NCBI GenBank assembly: GCA_050302075.1 | Contig: JBNLAH010000002.1 | Location: forward strand, 218,427-282,426 | Length of the DNA stretch: 64,000 nucleotides | Origin: Parachlamydiales bacterium | GTDB lineage: Bacteria; Chlamydiota; Chlamydiia; Chlamydiales; SM23-39 | Direction: 5' to 3' | In this document: positions 48,447 through 59,116 of the stretch, one piece after another | How the letters are laid out: each line of letters starts with the position of its first letter | Position numbering within the stretch: position 1 is the stretch's first letter | Made by a program: the position numbers and the translations under genes | The notes under the pieces: generated by a model | Database searches by the model: none | What the model was told of the DNA's origin: nothing | Seen by the model: only the letters and a program-made list of their open reading frames with translations

Positions 48447-49424
48447 ATGGAAATTAAACAACAAAAAGAGTATCAGAATTCGAAAGGCTTTTTCAACCCT
48501 TATCAAAAATCTACCAAAAGACACTTGTGGAATGTTGTTTTGTGGAAGTTGGGGTTTTACAATGAGCCCGAGACAAGAAATAAACCTCCTAGGGATTTCA
48601 AATACCCAGTAAACACAAAATTTAGTGGCGGAGAATACTTTTGTACTTGGATAAATCATTGCACGTTTTTAGTGGGATCGGAAGAAATAAATATTTTAAC
48701 GGATCCTATTTTTAGCAATTATTGTTCCCCACTTCCAGTTCCTTCTTTAAAAAGAAGGCATAAACTTGAATTTAGTTTGCAGGATCTTAAAAAAGTCGAT
48801 TATGTTTTGATTAGTCATAATCATTATGATCACTTAGATAGCTTTAGTGTGAATGAATTAAATAAAAAGTTTCCTGAAATCAAGTGGATTATCCCTTTAA
48901 ACTTGTCTTGGTGGTTTAAAAAACGCGGAATAAAAAATACTTTTGAGCTTCGCTGGTGGAAAGAGATTTTTTTTGGTAATGAGATTAAAATTACAGCGGT
49001 GCCTTCTCAGCATTTTTCTGGGAGGGGACTTTTTAGCATGAATAAAACTCTTTGGAATGGGTATGTCTTTGAGTTTTTAAAAAGCAAAAAGAAATGTTAC
49101 TTTACTGGTGATACCGGTTACAATAAATATGATTTTTCAAGGATAGGCAATGAATTTAAATCAATTGATCTCAGCTTAATACCAATAGGTACTTATTGTC
49201 CTAGGCCGTTCATGAAGACAGTGCATATTGATCCTAATGAAGCTGTGACGATTCATAGAGAAGTAAAATCTAAGTTCAGCATTGGGATGCACTGGAAAAC
49301 ATTTAAGTTGTCAGATGAACCTTTAGATTTACCTCCATATGATTTATACCTGGCAATGATAAAAGAAAAAATACCGATTGAGGAGTTTATAGTAGTGGAT
49401 CCAGGAGAATCTGTTAGTTGGTGA
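48447..49424 (+). CDS. Metallo-beta-lactamase-fold hydrolase (NAPE-PLD/RomA-like)
   Basis: LTDPIFS, ISHNHYDHLD, QHFSGR, TLW, FTGDTGY, PIGTY.PR, MHWKTF. Confidence 0.88.
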   Translation: MEIKQQKEYQNSKGFFNPYQKSTKRHLWNVVLWKLGFYNEPETRNKPPRDFKYPVNTKFSGGEYFCTWINHCTFLVGSEEINILTDPIFSNYCSPLPVPSLKRRHKLEFSLQDLKKVDYVLISHNHYDHLDSFSVNELNKKFPEIKWIIPLNLSWWFKKRGIKNTFELRWWKEIFFGNEIKITAVPSQHFSGRGLFSMNKTLWNGYVFEFLKSKKKCYFTGDTGYNKYDFSRIGNEFKSIDLSLIPIGTYCPRPFMKTVHIDPNEAVTIHREVKSKFSIGMHWKTFKLSDEPLDLPPYDLYLAMIKEKIPIEEFIVVDPGESVSW

Positions 49425-50068
49425 TGCTTTATTTTAAAGTTAAAAAATACCTGTTTGTTCAAGAGATTTTGACTCTTCGGTATTATAAAAATTTCAAATT
49501 TGCGGTTTTGGATATTTTTCAAAAGCTGATTTATGCTTTTATAAATCCCTATAGAGTATCTAAAAAATTTCTAATAAAAAAAGGCTTTCAAGATGTCCAC
49601 ATGTATGGCGAAACGCCAATTAAAGCCTTTAGTGAGCTTTTACAAGAATTCGGCTTAAATAAAAGAGATAATTTTTTTGAAATGGGATGTGGAAGAGGAA
49701 GACTTTGTTGCTTTGTTAGCTCGCTTTATAAATGCAGCGTGGTCGGAATAGAGCAGATTGCAACTTTTGTAAGAATTTTAAGATTTTTACAAAAAATCTT
49801 TAGGCTAAAAAACTTTGAAGTAGTTAATAAAGACATGTTTGATGTTGACTACAGTCGCGCGAGTTTTATTTATCTATATGGAACATGCTTGAAAGAAGAT
49901 GAAATTTATAGACTTGTTGAAAAATTTAAAAGTTTGAACAAAGGTACAAAGGTCCTCACAATAAGCATTTCACTAAAAAATTATGATAAGAGTTTTCACT
50001 TATCGAAAAAGCATCAGCTTAATCTACCGTGGGGAAAGGCGACTGCATATTTTCATGTTAAGCTTTAA
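49418..50068 (+). CDS. Class I SAM-dependent methyltransferase
   Basis: YGETP, EMGCGRG motif I, IYLYGTC. Confidence 0.8.
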   Translation: MVMLYFKVKKYLFVQEILTLRYYKNFKFAVLDIFQKLIYAFINPYRVSKKFLIKKGFQDVHMYGETPIKAFSELLQEFGLNKRDNFFEMGCGRGRLCCFVSSLYKCSVVGIEQIATFVRILRFLQKIFRLKNFEVVNKDMFDVDYSRASFIYLYGTCLKEDEIYRLVEKFKSLNKGTKVLTISISLKNYDKSFHLSKKHQLNLPWGKATAYFHVKL

Positions 50069-50147
50069 AAAAATATTTAAACAATGCTCTGGAGTTGAAT
50101 TTTTTTTCGTGATAACGTGAAAAAAAAGATCAAAAGGAAAAAATGCA

Positions 50148-50963
50148 ATGGACATACCCAAAAAGACTTTAAACGATGGTGTTGAAATTCCAGTGCTAGG
50201 ATTTGGAACTTGGCAGCTGGAAGGAGATAAATGCATAAAAGCTGTAAGAATGGCCTTAGAGTTAGGCTATAGGCACATTGATGGGGCTTATGCTTATTGG
50301 AACCACAAGCAAGTAAGAGAGGGGATTGGATCATTTCCGAGAGAAGATTTTTTTATGACATCTAAGCTGTGGAGGGACTTTCATTCACCGGAGCTCGTTG
50401 AGAAGTGTTTGGATGAGTGTTTAACCGACCTAGGTATGGATTATTTAGATCTTTTTTTAATTCACTGGCCAGAAAGATCAAAATCTGTTTCCTCGATTTT
50501 AGAGCAGATGTTTAAGATGAAGGAGAAGGGAAAAGTTCAAAGTGTTGGGGTTTGCAATGCTACAATCCATCATATTCAAGATATTTATGATGATGGTCTT
50601 TCAATTTCAGTAAACCAAATCGAATACCATCCTTTCCTGAATCAAAGTGCGATTTTAGACTTTTGTAAAAATAAGGACATCGCTGTTACGGCCTATAGTC
50701 CTATTGCTCAAGGAGCAGTATATAAAAATTCAGATATACAAAAAATTGCAGAAGATCATAAGAAAACACCAGCTCAGATATCCCTTAGATGGCTAATTCA
50801 AAAAGGAATTATAGTTATTCCAAAGGCAACTTCAAAAGACCATATTACCGAAAATCTTGGTATATTTGATTTTAAATTGGCAGAAGATGAGATGTCTACA
50901 ATTGATTCTTTACATACTGGTACTAGGATTGTCAATCCTGATTTTAATGAATTTGACTATTGA
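50148..50963 (+). CDS. Aldo/keto reductase
   Basis: LGFGTW, GYRHID, SKLW, YLDLFLIHWP, NQIEYHP, AYSP, IPK. Confidence 0.93.
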   Translation: MDIPKKTLNDGVEIPVLGFGTWQLEGDKCIKAVRMALELGYRHIDGAYAYWNHKQVREGIGSFPREDFFMTSKLWRDFHSPELVEKCLDECLTDLGMDYLDLFLIHWPERSKSVSSILEQMFKMKEKGKVQSVGVCNATIHHIQDIYDDGLSISVNQIEYHPFLNQSAILDFCKNKDIAVTAYSPIAQGAVYKNSDIQKIAEDHKKTPAQISLRWLIQKGIIVIPKATSKDHITENLGIFDFKLAEDEMSTIDSLHTGTRIVNPDFNEFDY

Positions 50964-52813
50964 TAGGTTATGGGTTAATCTCTACACCCATGAGTGAAAA
51001 TAAAAGAAGGTCAACACGTCAAGTTTTTGTTGGAAGCATCGGAATTGGCAGCAATAATCCGATTCGCATTCAGTCTATGACAACAACTGACACAAAAGAT
51101 ATTGAGTCTACTGTAGATCAAATTAAAAAATTATCTGACAACGGTTGTGAGATTGTTAGGGCTACTGTCCAGGGCAAGAAGGAAGCTCTGGCAACTGAAA
51201 AGATCAAAAACAAACTGTTACAAGATGGCTATGATATTCCAATTGTGGCAGATATTCATTTTTATCCACCAGCAGCTCTTCTAGCCGCAGAATTTGTTGA
51301 CAAAGTCAGAATTAACCCTGGGAACTTTGCAGATAAAAGGGCTACTTTTAAGGTACTAGAATATTCGGATGATTCTTATCTAAGCGAGTTAGCGAGAATA
51401 GAAGAGAGATTCACACCACTTGTTTTAAAATGTAAAAAGCTAAAAAAGCCGATTCGAATTGGCGCCAACCATGGCTCTTTATCAGATAGAATTATGAATC
51501 GTTTTGGCGATACAGCATTAGGCATGGTCGAATCAGCTATTGAGTTCACCAATATAGCGAGAAGATGTGATTTTCATGACCTTGTCTTCTCAATGAAGTC
51601 TAGTAATACCAAGGTAATGTTAGAAGCATATCGCTTGTTGGTTAAGAAGTTTAATGAACTGGGGTGGGATTATCCGCTTCACTTAGGAGTGACCGAAGCT
51701 GGGTTCGGAAATGAGGGAAGGATAAAATCTTCTCTAGGCATAGGTTCGCTTTTATTGGATGGAATTGGAGACACAATTAGAATTTCTTTAACAGAAGACC
51801 CTGTAAATGAGATTGACCCTTGCAGGCGTTTGGTTAATTTTGCTGAAAAAGAAAGCAGCTATAGACTTTTTTTCCCATACAGCAGAAAAAAAAGATCATT
51901 CAGTGATTTTCTACACAAAGATGGAACAGTGATATTAAAAACTAATAGTAAAATTGACTTCGATCAAGTCAAAAGTGAAGTTTATCCTGACATCATATGG
52001 ACAAATTATCCTAGTGAAGAGCTTTTCAATTTAGCCATCAGTAAAAATATCAAAGTATTGTCGAAAGAAAATAAATTTTCTCATTTGCAGATATATGAAT
52101 TAGATAAACTTACTGATAATCTTCCAGATAATTATGCAATCTTATTAAAGAGTTTCTCTGAAAGGGATGTCGATATATTAGCAAAACTCGACCCAAATTT
52201 TATTATTTTATCTTTAGAAAGTAGAAAAATCCAAAAAGCTAGAGATTTTTTTGACCTGATAAGTAATAGAAATCTGAATATCCCAATTATTTTAGATTTC
52301 ACCTATAAAGCTGAAGCAGATGATATTATTGTTCAGTTTGCTGCTGAGGCAGGTTCGCTTTTATGTGATAACATAGCAGATGGAATATGCTTAAGTGCAA
52401 ATTTAAACAAAGAAGATATTTTATCTACTTGCTTTAGTGTTCTTCAATCAGCTCGCATGAGAACTGTGAAAACTGAATTTATTTCCTGCCCAAGCTGTGG
52501 AAGGACTTTATTTGATTTACAAGAAGTTGCTAAGAGAATTAGAGCAAAAACAGGGCATTTGCCAGGTGTTAAAATTGCTATTATGGGCTGTATAGTTAAT
52601 GGGCCTGGTGAAATGGCTGATGCAGACTTTGGGTATGTTGGATCTAGTCCTAATAAAGTAGACTTATATGTTGGCAAGAAGTGCATTGAGAAAAATATCG
52701 ATTTTAGCGTAGCTGACCTAAGGCTGATTGATTTAATTAAAGCTCATGGTCGATGGGTAGAACCTGACAATTCGGACAAGTGTAGGTCCCGCGCTGACAA
52801 ACAACTTGCTTGA
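50960..52813 (+). CDS. ispG: (E)-4-hydroxy-3-methylbut-2-enyl-diphosphate synthase, three-domain chlamydial/plant type
   Basis: IQSMTTTDT, VADIHF, RINPGN, HLGVTEAG, GDTIRISL, SCPSCGR, MGCIVNGPGE; central insert domain. Confidence 0.96.
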   Translation: MIGYGLISTPMSENKRRSTRQVFVGSIGIGSNNPIRIQSMTTTDTKDIESTVDQIKKLSDNGCEIVRATVQGKKEALATEKIKNKLLQDGYDIPIVADIHFYPPAALLAAEFVDKVRINPGNFADKRATFKVLEYSDDSYLSELARIEERFTPLVLKCKKLKKPIRIGANHGSLSDRIMNRFGDTALGMVESAIEFTNIARRCDFHDLVFSMKSSNTKVMLEAYRLLVKKFNELGWDYPLHLGVTEAGFGNEGRIKSSLGIGSLLLDGIGDTIRISLTEDPVNEIDPCRRLVNFAEKESSYRLFFPYSRKKRSFSDFLHKDGTVILKTNSKIDFDQVKSEVYPDIIWTNYPSEELFNLAISKNIKVLSKENKFSHLQIYELDKLTDNLPDNYAILLKSFSERDVDILAKLDPNFIILSLESRKIQKARDFFDLISNRNLNIPIILDFTYKAEADDIIVQFAAEAGSLLCDNIADGICLSANLNKEDILSTCFSVLQSARMRTVKTEFISCPSCGRTLFDLQEVAKRIRAKTGHLPGVKIAIMGCIVNGPGEMADADFGYVGSSPNKVDLYVGKKCIEKNIDFSVADLRLIDLIKAHGRWVEPDNSDKCRSRADKQLA

Positions 52814-53579
52814 AAATTTTTTCGCCACACCTTTTACAAGGTTCATTTGCTCTACCATAAACAGCTAAGTAATTTTGGTGTGTTCCAAGATCATGAAAAC
52901 TTTTAAAGTTGCTAAGTCCTTCTCCAAGAGAAGTGCCTCGATGTACAACAGCATCACTTAGGATTTTTTTAATTGATTCATAAAGATCTTTAATTTTTTC
53001 AATTTTTAGATTATTTGCTTGCATCATTGGATGTAGCTTGCTGTCAAAAAGAATTTCATCAGCATAGATATTTCCAATTCCAGATATAAAGCTTTGATCT
53101 AACAAAAGAGCTTTTAGAGGTTTTTTCTTAGCTGTAATCCGCGCTTTTAACCAATCATATGAAAAAGCTGGATCCAGGGCATCTATTCCAATTCTTGCTA
53201 AAGTCTTATCAACCTCTTTTGTAAGAGTTATTTTCCCAAATTTACGAGGGTCATGAAACTTTAATATGTTGCCATTTGAAAATTTAAAAACAGCATGTTC
53301 ATGTTTTTCTAATGGAAAAGAATCTCCCTTGACAAACTTTCCGCTCATCCTCAAATGAATTATCAAACTCCAGTTGTTTTCGAGTTCAAAGAAAATATAT
53401 TTTCCTTTTCTGAAAATTTTTTTGATTGATTTTCCGATTACTATCTTTTTGAATTCTTCAATCGAAAAAGGAAAGATCATATTTTGATGATCTATCTCAG
53501 TATCTAAAATCGGATTACCAATGATTTTTTCTTTAATTAATCCATCTATAGTTGTTTGGACTTCTGGTAGCTCTGGCAT
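52737..53579 (-). CDS. mutM: Formamidopyrimidine-DNA glycosylase
   Basis: MPELPEV, HLRMSG, DPRKFG, GIGNIYADE, C-terminal zinc finger. Confidence 0.96.
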   Translation of the reverse strand: MPELPEVQTTIDGLIKEKIIGNPILDTEIDHQNMIFPFSIEEFKKIVIGKSIKKIFRKGKYIFFELENNWSLIIHLRMSGKFVKGDSFPLEKHEHAVFKFSNGNILKFHDPRKFGKITLTKEVDKTLARIGIDALDPAFSYDWLKARITAKKKPLKALLLDQSFISGIGNIYADEILFDSKLHPMMQANNLKIEKIKDLYESIKKILSDAVVHRGTSLGEGLSNFKSFHDLGTHQNYLAVYGRANEPCKRCGEKIFKQVVCQRGTYTCPNCQVLPIDHEL

Positions 53580-53667
53580 TTTTTTACAAATTTTTTGACC
53601 AACTATACCACACGATGTTCTTCTAATCTATCTTTTGAAAATCAAAAGTTGACTTAATTTAAAAGCA

Positions 53668-53711
53668 TTAAGAATATGTTAAGAATGCGTTAATTTAACA
53701 TTAAGATTCCT
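53668..53711 (+). promoter_or_regulatory. Four 11-bp-phased TTAA(G/T) direct repeats upstream of the kinase gene; candidate OmpR/PhoB-family binding site
   Basis: TTAA at 53668, 53679, 53690 and 53701; TTGACT just upstream. Confidence 0.4.
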
Positions 53712-53726
53712 GAAAGGAGAGAAATT

Positions 53727-55259
53727 ATGCATTCTGTTTCATCGTTATCACATAAATTTTTTAATGCTGCAATAGTAGAGACATCTAATCAAAATTCAAA
53801 AATAGCTAAACCTGAAGTGTTAGATCGAGTACATCAAATGAGAATTCAAATTCCCACGGCTCGTCCAGTAGATGGTGAAGTTAGGTTTGCTCTAAGCGCA
53901 ACTGGTACTCCACTATCTATTAAAACATATAAGTTTTTAAAATTTTTTGAAGAAGAGTATAAGTTTTTGCAATTAGTTAAAGAAGTCCCTCATTGTGTAA
54001 ATATTCGAGCGGTAGGGGAGCTAGATGATAAACAAGTAGTTGTATTAGACAACGCTGGAGAGCAAGATTTACTAGATTTTATAACTAAAATTAGGAAACT
54101 TTCAGAAAGAGAAGCTTTACAACTAGCTATTCAAATATTGGAATGTATAGAAGTACTGCATGAGAAAAAAGAAGTTATTCATAGAGATATAAAGCCAGAT
54201 AATATAATCGTAAATTCTTCTGAAGAGGGCTTACAGTTTACGTTAGTAGATTTTGGAATAGCTACAGAAAATTGTAAAAATCCCAAACAATGTCAGGGGG
54301 GAACATCTAGATATGCCTCACCGGAATATGCTTTGTCAAACAAATCTAGTCCTTTTCAAGATATCTGGAGTCTAGGCTATGTAATATTTTCAGCTTTTTC
54401 AGGAGAGCCACTTATTTCAAGTTTTGAACATGAACATGATCTGCGTTTGGGTTTATTGCAAGAGATGCAAATGGTTTTTGGAAAATTTCCACAAAGTATG
54501 ATCAAAACTGCACCCGAACATATTAAAGAAAATTATTTCGAAAAGAAAGGGCTTATTAAGAAAAAATATGTTCTCAAAAAGGCAGGTTTTAAATGCAAAA
54601 GCTTAGAAGAGCGCATGAAAGAATTTCCTGATCCGATAAAAAAATTACTAAGAAGGATATTTTCTTATGAAAATAGACCAACAGCCAGCGAATTATTGGG
54701 ACTAGAAGAGATGAAAAAAGATGTTTGTTTCAAAGTCGAGATCCCACCCCAAGCAATAAAAATGTTAATAACATCATGTGTAGATGTTGATGGAGAATTA
54801 GAAATAGTAGAAAAAGAATTCAACTTATGGGAAAAAAGTTTTGGCAAGATACACCACCATGTCCCGAAATCTAAGGATAAAAAATATAAAGTAACATTAA
54901 TGGATTGTTCAGGAAATATTTTATGTAATTGCGAAACTGAGATTAAGAATCTTCAAGATTCAATAGTAAGTTTACTTTCTCAACTTCCAAGTAGTCCTGA
55001 AATTGGGTATACTAGTTTGACAATATCTTCAAAAAATTTTGTTAAAAGTTTTTCTGGGTTGGAATTAATAGTTGAGTCAGAAACTCAACAAGGAATAATA
55101 CAAAAGACCTTTAAAATAAAAAAAAATAATACCTTTCCAGTTCCTACATCTATAAATAATAAATATAAAATTTCTTTTAGAAGTAAGTTAGAGGAATATA
55201 TTGAATGGGGTGTGCTAGAGCTTTTACCAGGGGGAAGGTATCAGTTAGATATAGAATAG
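53727..55259 (+). CDS. Hanks-type Ser/Thr protein kinase with C-terminal extension
   Basis: LSIK, HRDIKPDN, DFG, GTSRYASPE, DIWSLG, RPTA.ELL. Confidence 0.9.
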   Translation: MHSVSSLSHKFFNAAIVETSNQNSKIAKPEVLDRVHQMRIQIPTARPVDGEVRFALSATGTPLSIKTYKFLKFFEEEYKFLQLVKEVPHCVNIRAVGELDDKQVVVLDNAGEQDLLDFITKIRKLSEREALQLAIQILECIEVLHEKKEVIHRDIKPDNIIVNSSEEGLQFTLVDFGIATENCKNPKQCQGGTSRYASPEYALSNKSSPFQDIWSLGYVIFSAFSGEPLISSFEHEHDLRLGLLQEMQMVFGKFPQSMIKTAPEHIKENYFEKKGLIKKKYVLKKAGFKCKSLEERMKEFPDPIKKLLRRIFSYENRPTASELLGLEEMKKDVCFKVEIPPQAIKMLITSCVDVDGELEIVEKEFNLWEKSFGKIHHHVPKSKDKKYKVTLMDCSGNILCNCETEIKNLQDSIVSLLSQLPSSPEIGYTSLTISSKNFVKSFSGLELIVESETQQGIIQKTFKIKKNNTFPVPTSINNKYKISFRSKLEEYIEWGVLELLPGGRYQLDIE

Positions 55260-55327
55260 CTTATAGTCAATTGAAAGATATTTTCTATCGCAGTAAAATT
55301 GTAGCGAACTAAACCAATGGCAGTAAA

Positions 55328-57907
55328 ATGACAAAACGAAAATATGATCACCAAGCTATCGAGAAGAAATGGCAAGAAATATGGAAAGAAAAAAAGACTT
55401 ACAAAGCTGATGTCATATCTGATAAGCCTAAGTACTATGTATTGGATATGTTTCCTTATCCCTCAGGTGCGGGACTGCACGTTGGGCATGTCACCGGTTA
55501 TACAGGAACTGATATCATTGCAAGGTTTAAAAGGCAGCAAGGATACAATGTACTTCATCCGATCGGTTGGGATAGTTTTGGTCTTCCAGCTGAACAGTAT
55601 GCAATAAGAACAGGAACTCATCCATCTATTACTACAAAAGTAAATATCGACACATATCGAAAGCAGCTGCAGTCCCTTGGATTTAGTTATGACTGGGATA
55701 GAGAAATTGCAACTAGTGATCCTGATTATTATAAATGGACCCAATGGATATTCACTAAGCTTTATGAAAAGGGTTTAGCTTATGAAGCGGAAATTAATGT
55801 TAACTTTTGTCCAGCACTTGGAACTGTTTTAGCAAATGAAGAAGTGGAGGGTGGAAAATCTAAAGAAGGCGGTTACTTGATTGAAAGAAGACCTTTGAGA
55901 CAATGGGTTTTAAAAATAACAGCCTATGCTGAAAGACTTCTAGAGGATCTTCAAGATCTTGACTGGCCAGACCATTTAAAAAAGCTCCAGACAAACTGGA
56001 TAGGTAAAAGTGAAGGAGCAAAAGTTGAGTTTAAAGAGCCAATTACAGATCAGCATATTACAGTTTTCACTACTAGACCGGATACATTGTTTGGTGTAAC
56101 TTATTTGGTTGTAGCTCCTGAACATCCGATTTTAGATCATATTGTAACAAAAGATAAAAAAGATGCTGTTGAAGAATATCAAAAACAAGTAGCTAGAAAA
56201 AGTGATATTGAAAGAACAGAATTGGCTAAGGATAAAACTGGGGTATGGACTGGTAGTTATGCAATCCATCCAATTACCGAAGAAAAGATACCAATTTGGA
56301 TCTCTGATTATGTGCTTATGAATTACGGTACAGGAGCTGTAATGGCAGTACCGGCTCATGATGAAAGAGATTTTGAATTTGCAAGTAAATTTCAATTACC
56401 TATCAAACTTGTATGTAACCCTACTGAAGATGCTTTAAATGATCTTTCACAAACTGAAAATCTTTCCCCTGAAGTTCTTAAAGAAGAGATTTTAGAAGAA
56501 AAAAGATGTTACACTGGCGACGCCACTATTATTAATAGTCATTTTTCAGACTGTATTTTAGATGGTAAAAATATTGATCAAGCCAAAGAAGATATGATCC
56601 TTTGGCTAGAAAAAAATGAAAGAGGCTATAGATCTACTAGCTATAAACTTAGAGACTGGCTTTTTTCTCGACAAAGATACTGGGGTGAGCCGTTCCCTAT
56701 TTTGCACTTTGAAGATGGAACTAAAAGAGCTTTGGACTTAGATGAGCTTCCGTTATGTCCTCCTGAGGTTTCAGACTATAAACCAACACCGGATGGAAAA
56801 AGCCCTCTAGCAAAAGAAACGGATTGGATTAACATTAAAGACAAAAAAACAAATAAATTAGCTAGAAGGGAGACCAACACAATGCCCCAGTGGGCTGGAT
56901 CTTGTTGGTACTATCTTAGGTTTCTAGACCCAAAAAATTCTAATGAAGCTTTTTCTAAAGAGGTTGAAAATTATTGGATGCCAGTTGATTTATACGTAGG
57001 AGGGGCTGAACATGCGGTTTTGCATCTTCTATATGCTAGATTCTGGCATAAAGTACTATATGATTGTGGACTAGTCCATACAAAAGAGCCTTTTAAAAAA
57101 TATCAAAACCAAGGGCTTGTTCACGCAAAGTCTTATCGAATAAAAGAAGGTCCTTATGTAGCTCCCGAAGATGTGAAAAAGGTAGATGGAAAATATATTG
57201 ATAAGAAAACAAGCAATGAACTTTTGGTTCAAGAAGAGAAAATGTCAAAATCTAAGCTTAATGGAGTTACTCCTGACGAAATTATTAAGGATTTTGGGGC
57301 TGATTCTTTAAGGCTATACGAAATGTTTATGGGCCCTTTTGACAGAGAGAAAATCTGGAACACTGATGCTGTAAATGGATGCAAGAGATTTTTGAACCGC
57401 TTCTGGGAATTATTTTTTTCAGACAAAATAACTGATGAAAAAAATTTAGATGCACTAAAACTAGGTCACCGTCTTGTGCATCAAGTTTCCAAAGATATTG
57501 AGGAAATGCAGTTTAATACAGCGATAGCTCATCTAATGGAATTCTACAATGATTTTCATAAATTAGAAAAATATCCAAAAAGCGTTTTAAAGAAAGCAGT
57601 TCAAATGCTTTACCCGTTTGCTCCTCATATTTCTGAAGAGTTATGGGAAGTTCTAGAAGTTGATACACCTCTTTCATACACACCAATTGATCCTGTTGAA
57701 AAAGAGTACTTGCAAGATGATACGGCAGTTTATGTTGTGCAAATCAATGGAAAAGTTAGAGGGAAATTGGAGTTAGCTAAGAATAAATCTGAAGCCGATG
57801 TTTTAAGTATAGCAAAATCTGAACCTTCAATTACTAAACATCTTGAAGGAAATATTGTGAAAACAATATTTGTACCTAATAAACTGCTTAGCATTGTTAT
57901 AAAGTAG
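55328..57907 (+). CDS. leuS: Leucine--tRNA ligase
   Basis: MFPYPSG.GLHVGH, FTTRPDT, GTGAVMAVPAHDERD, KMSKS. Confidence 0.98.
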   Translation: MTKRKYDHQAIEKKWQEIWKEKKTYKADVISDKPKYYVLDMFPYPSGAGLHVGHVTGYTGTDIIARFKRQQGYNVLHPIGWDSFGLPAEQYAIRTGTHPSITTKVNIDTYRKQLQSLGFSYDWDREIATSDPDYYKWTQWIFTKLYEKGLAYEAEINVNFCPALGTVLANEEVEGGKSKEGGYLIERRPLRQWVLKITAYAERLLEDLQDLDWPDHLKKLQTNWIGKSEGAKVEFKEPITDQHITVFTTRPDTLFGVTYLVVAPEHPILDHIVTKDKKDAVEEYQKQVARKSDIERTELAKDKTGVWTGSYAIHPITEEKIPIWISDYVLMNYGTGAVMAVPAHDERDFEFASKFQLPIKLVCNPTEDALNDLSQTENLSPEVLKEEILEEKRCYTGDATIINSHFSDCILDGKNIDQAKEDMILWLEKNERGYRSTSYKLRDWLFSRQRYWGEPFPILHFEDGTKRALDLDELPLCPPEVSDYKPTPDGKSPLAKETDWINIKDKKTNKLARRETNTMPQWAGSCWYYLRFLDPKNSNEAFSKEVENYWMPVDLYVGGAEHAVLHLLYARFWHKVLYDCGLVHTKEPFKKYQNQGLVHAKSYRIKEGPYVAPEDVKKVDGKYIDKKTSNELLVQEEKMSKSKLNGVTPDEIIKDFGADSLRLYEMFMGPFDREKIWNTDAVNGCKRFLNRFWELFFSDKITDEKNLDALKLGHRLVHQVSKDIEEMQFNTAIAHLMEFYNDFHKLEKYPKSVLKKAVQMLYPFAPHISEELWEVLEVDTPLSYTPIDPVEKEYLQDDTAVYVVQINGKVRGKLELAKNKSEADVLSIAKSEPSITKHLEGNIVKTIFVPNKLLSIVIK

Positions 57908-59116
57908 ATGTTTAAGATTTTATATAATTTATTACTTGGATTTTACTTAATTTTATCTTTGCCAAAGTTTTTGTATCAGCGTATTCGTTATCGAAAATAC
58001 AGAAACATTTTACCTCAAAAGTTTGGTAGGATTGCCTTAACAGATATTGATAGGTCCAGAAGACCTATCTTCTGGTTTCATGCAGTATCATTGGGGGAGT
58101 CAAAAGTTGGTATTACCTTTTTAAAAGAGCTAAAAGAAAAATATCCTAATTCTTATGTAATTTTTACAACTCTGACAGCAACTGGGTATAAAGAAGTAAA
58201 AGAAGATGAAACAATTGACCAAGCTTTTTATCTACCATTCGATTTTTCATGGGTAATGAGAAAATTAATTAGAAAAATCAAACCCGATTTTGTTTTTATT
58301 GTTGAAACAGATTTTTGGTTCAATTTTTTAAATGAATCTAAAAAATATGCGAAAATATTTTTAATAAATGGGAAAATCTCAAGTAGGTCTTTTAAACGAT
58401 TAAAATTTATAAAATTTTTCGCAAAAAAATTATTTCAACAATTTGAGCATTTTTGTGTGCAGAACAAAGAGTATTGTGATCGATTCGAACAACTAGGTAT
58501 TTTGAAAAATAAAATTTCAGAAACAGGAAATGTTAAGTTTGATTTTTTAGTAAAGCCAATAGATCATCTTGATGATTTTCGAAAAAAATACAGAATCTCA
58601 CCAGGGGATAAGATTATAACGGTTGCAAGTACTCATGATCCAGAAGAGCGCTTAATTTTGAATATTCTAAAGCCCTTTTTAAATGAGTGGAAAATCTTGC
58701 TAGCTCCAAGGCATCCAGAGAGACTCAATGTAGTTGAGAGATTAGTTGATGATAAAAATATTGTCTTAATAAAAGAAATGGGAGTTCTTCCACTTTGTTT
58801 TTCTATCAGTAAGTTAGCTATAATTGGCGGAAGTTTTTCAGGTGATATTGGAGGCCATAATATAATTGAGCCTTGTCTTTATAATATTCCAGTTATATTT
58901 GGTCCTCATATGCATAACCAAAAAGATTTTGTGCACTTAGCTATGAAGTATCAGTTGGGATATCAAGTTCCAATTAGTGGTATTCCGAGAAAGGTTCAAG
59001 AAATAGACTCTGCACATTTTTCTAAAGATGAGTTCTTAGTTCATTTAAAAGAGCTAAAAGAGGAAATTGAAAGCTTTTCTCATAAGACTCTCAACTCCAT
59101 TATTCCTTTAATGTGA
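57908..59116 (+). CDS. waaA: Kdo transferase
   Basis: WFHAVSLGE, YLPFD, ETDFW, NGKIS.RS, TGNVKFD, ASTH, APRHPER, GGHNIIEP. Confidence 0.93.
   Translation: MFKILYNLLLGFYLILSLPKFLYQRIRYRKYRNILPQKFGRIALTDIDRSRRPIFWFHAVSLGESKVGITFLKELKEKYPNSYVIFTTLTATGYKEVKEDETIDQAFYLPFDFSWVMRKLIRKIKPDFVFIVETDFWFNFLNESKKYAKIFLINGKISSRSFKRLKFIKFFAKKLFQQFEHFCVQNKEYCDRFEQLGILKNKISETGNVKFDFLVKPIDHLDDFRKKYRISPGDKIITVASTHDPEERLILNILKPFLNEWKILLAPRHPERLNVVERLVDDKNIVLIKEMGVLPLCFSISKLAIIGGSFSGDIGGHNIIEPCLYNIPVIFGPHMHNQKDFVHLAMKYQLGYQVPISGIPRKVQEIDSAHFSKDEFLVHLKELKEEIESFSHKTLNSIIPLM

Noticed and set aside
50960..52813. Unusually long IspG; likewise the long LolE and XseA
   Set aside because: Extended forms are known or expected in chlamydiae; not novel
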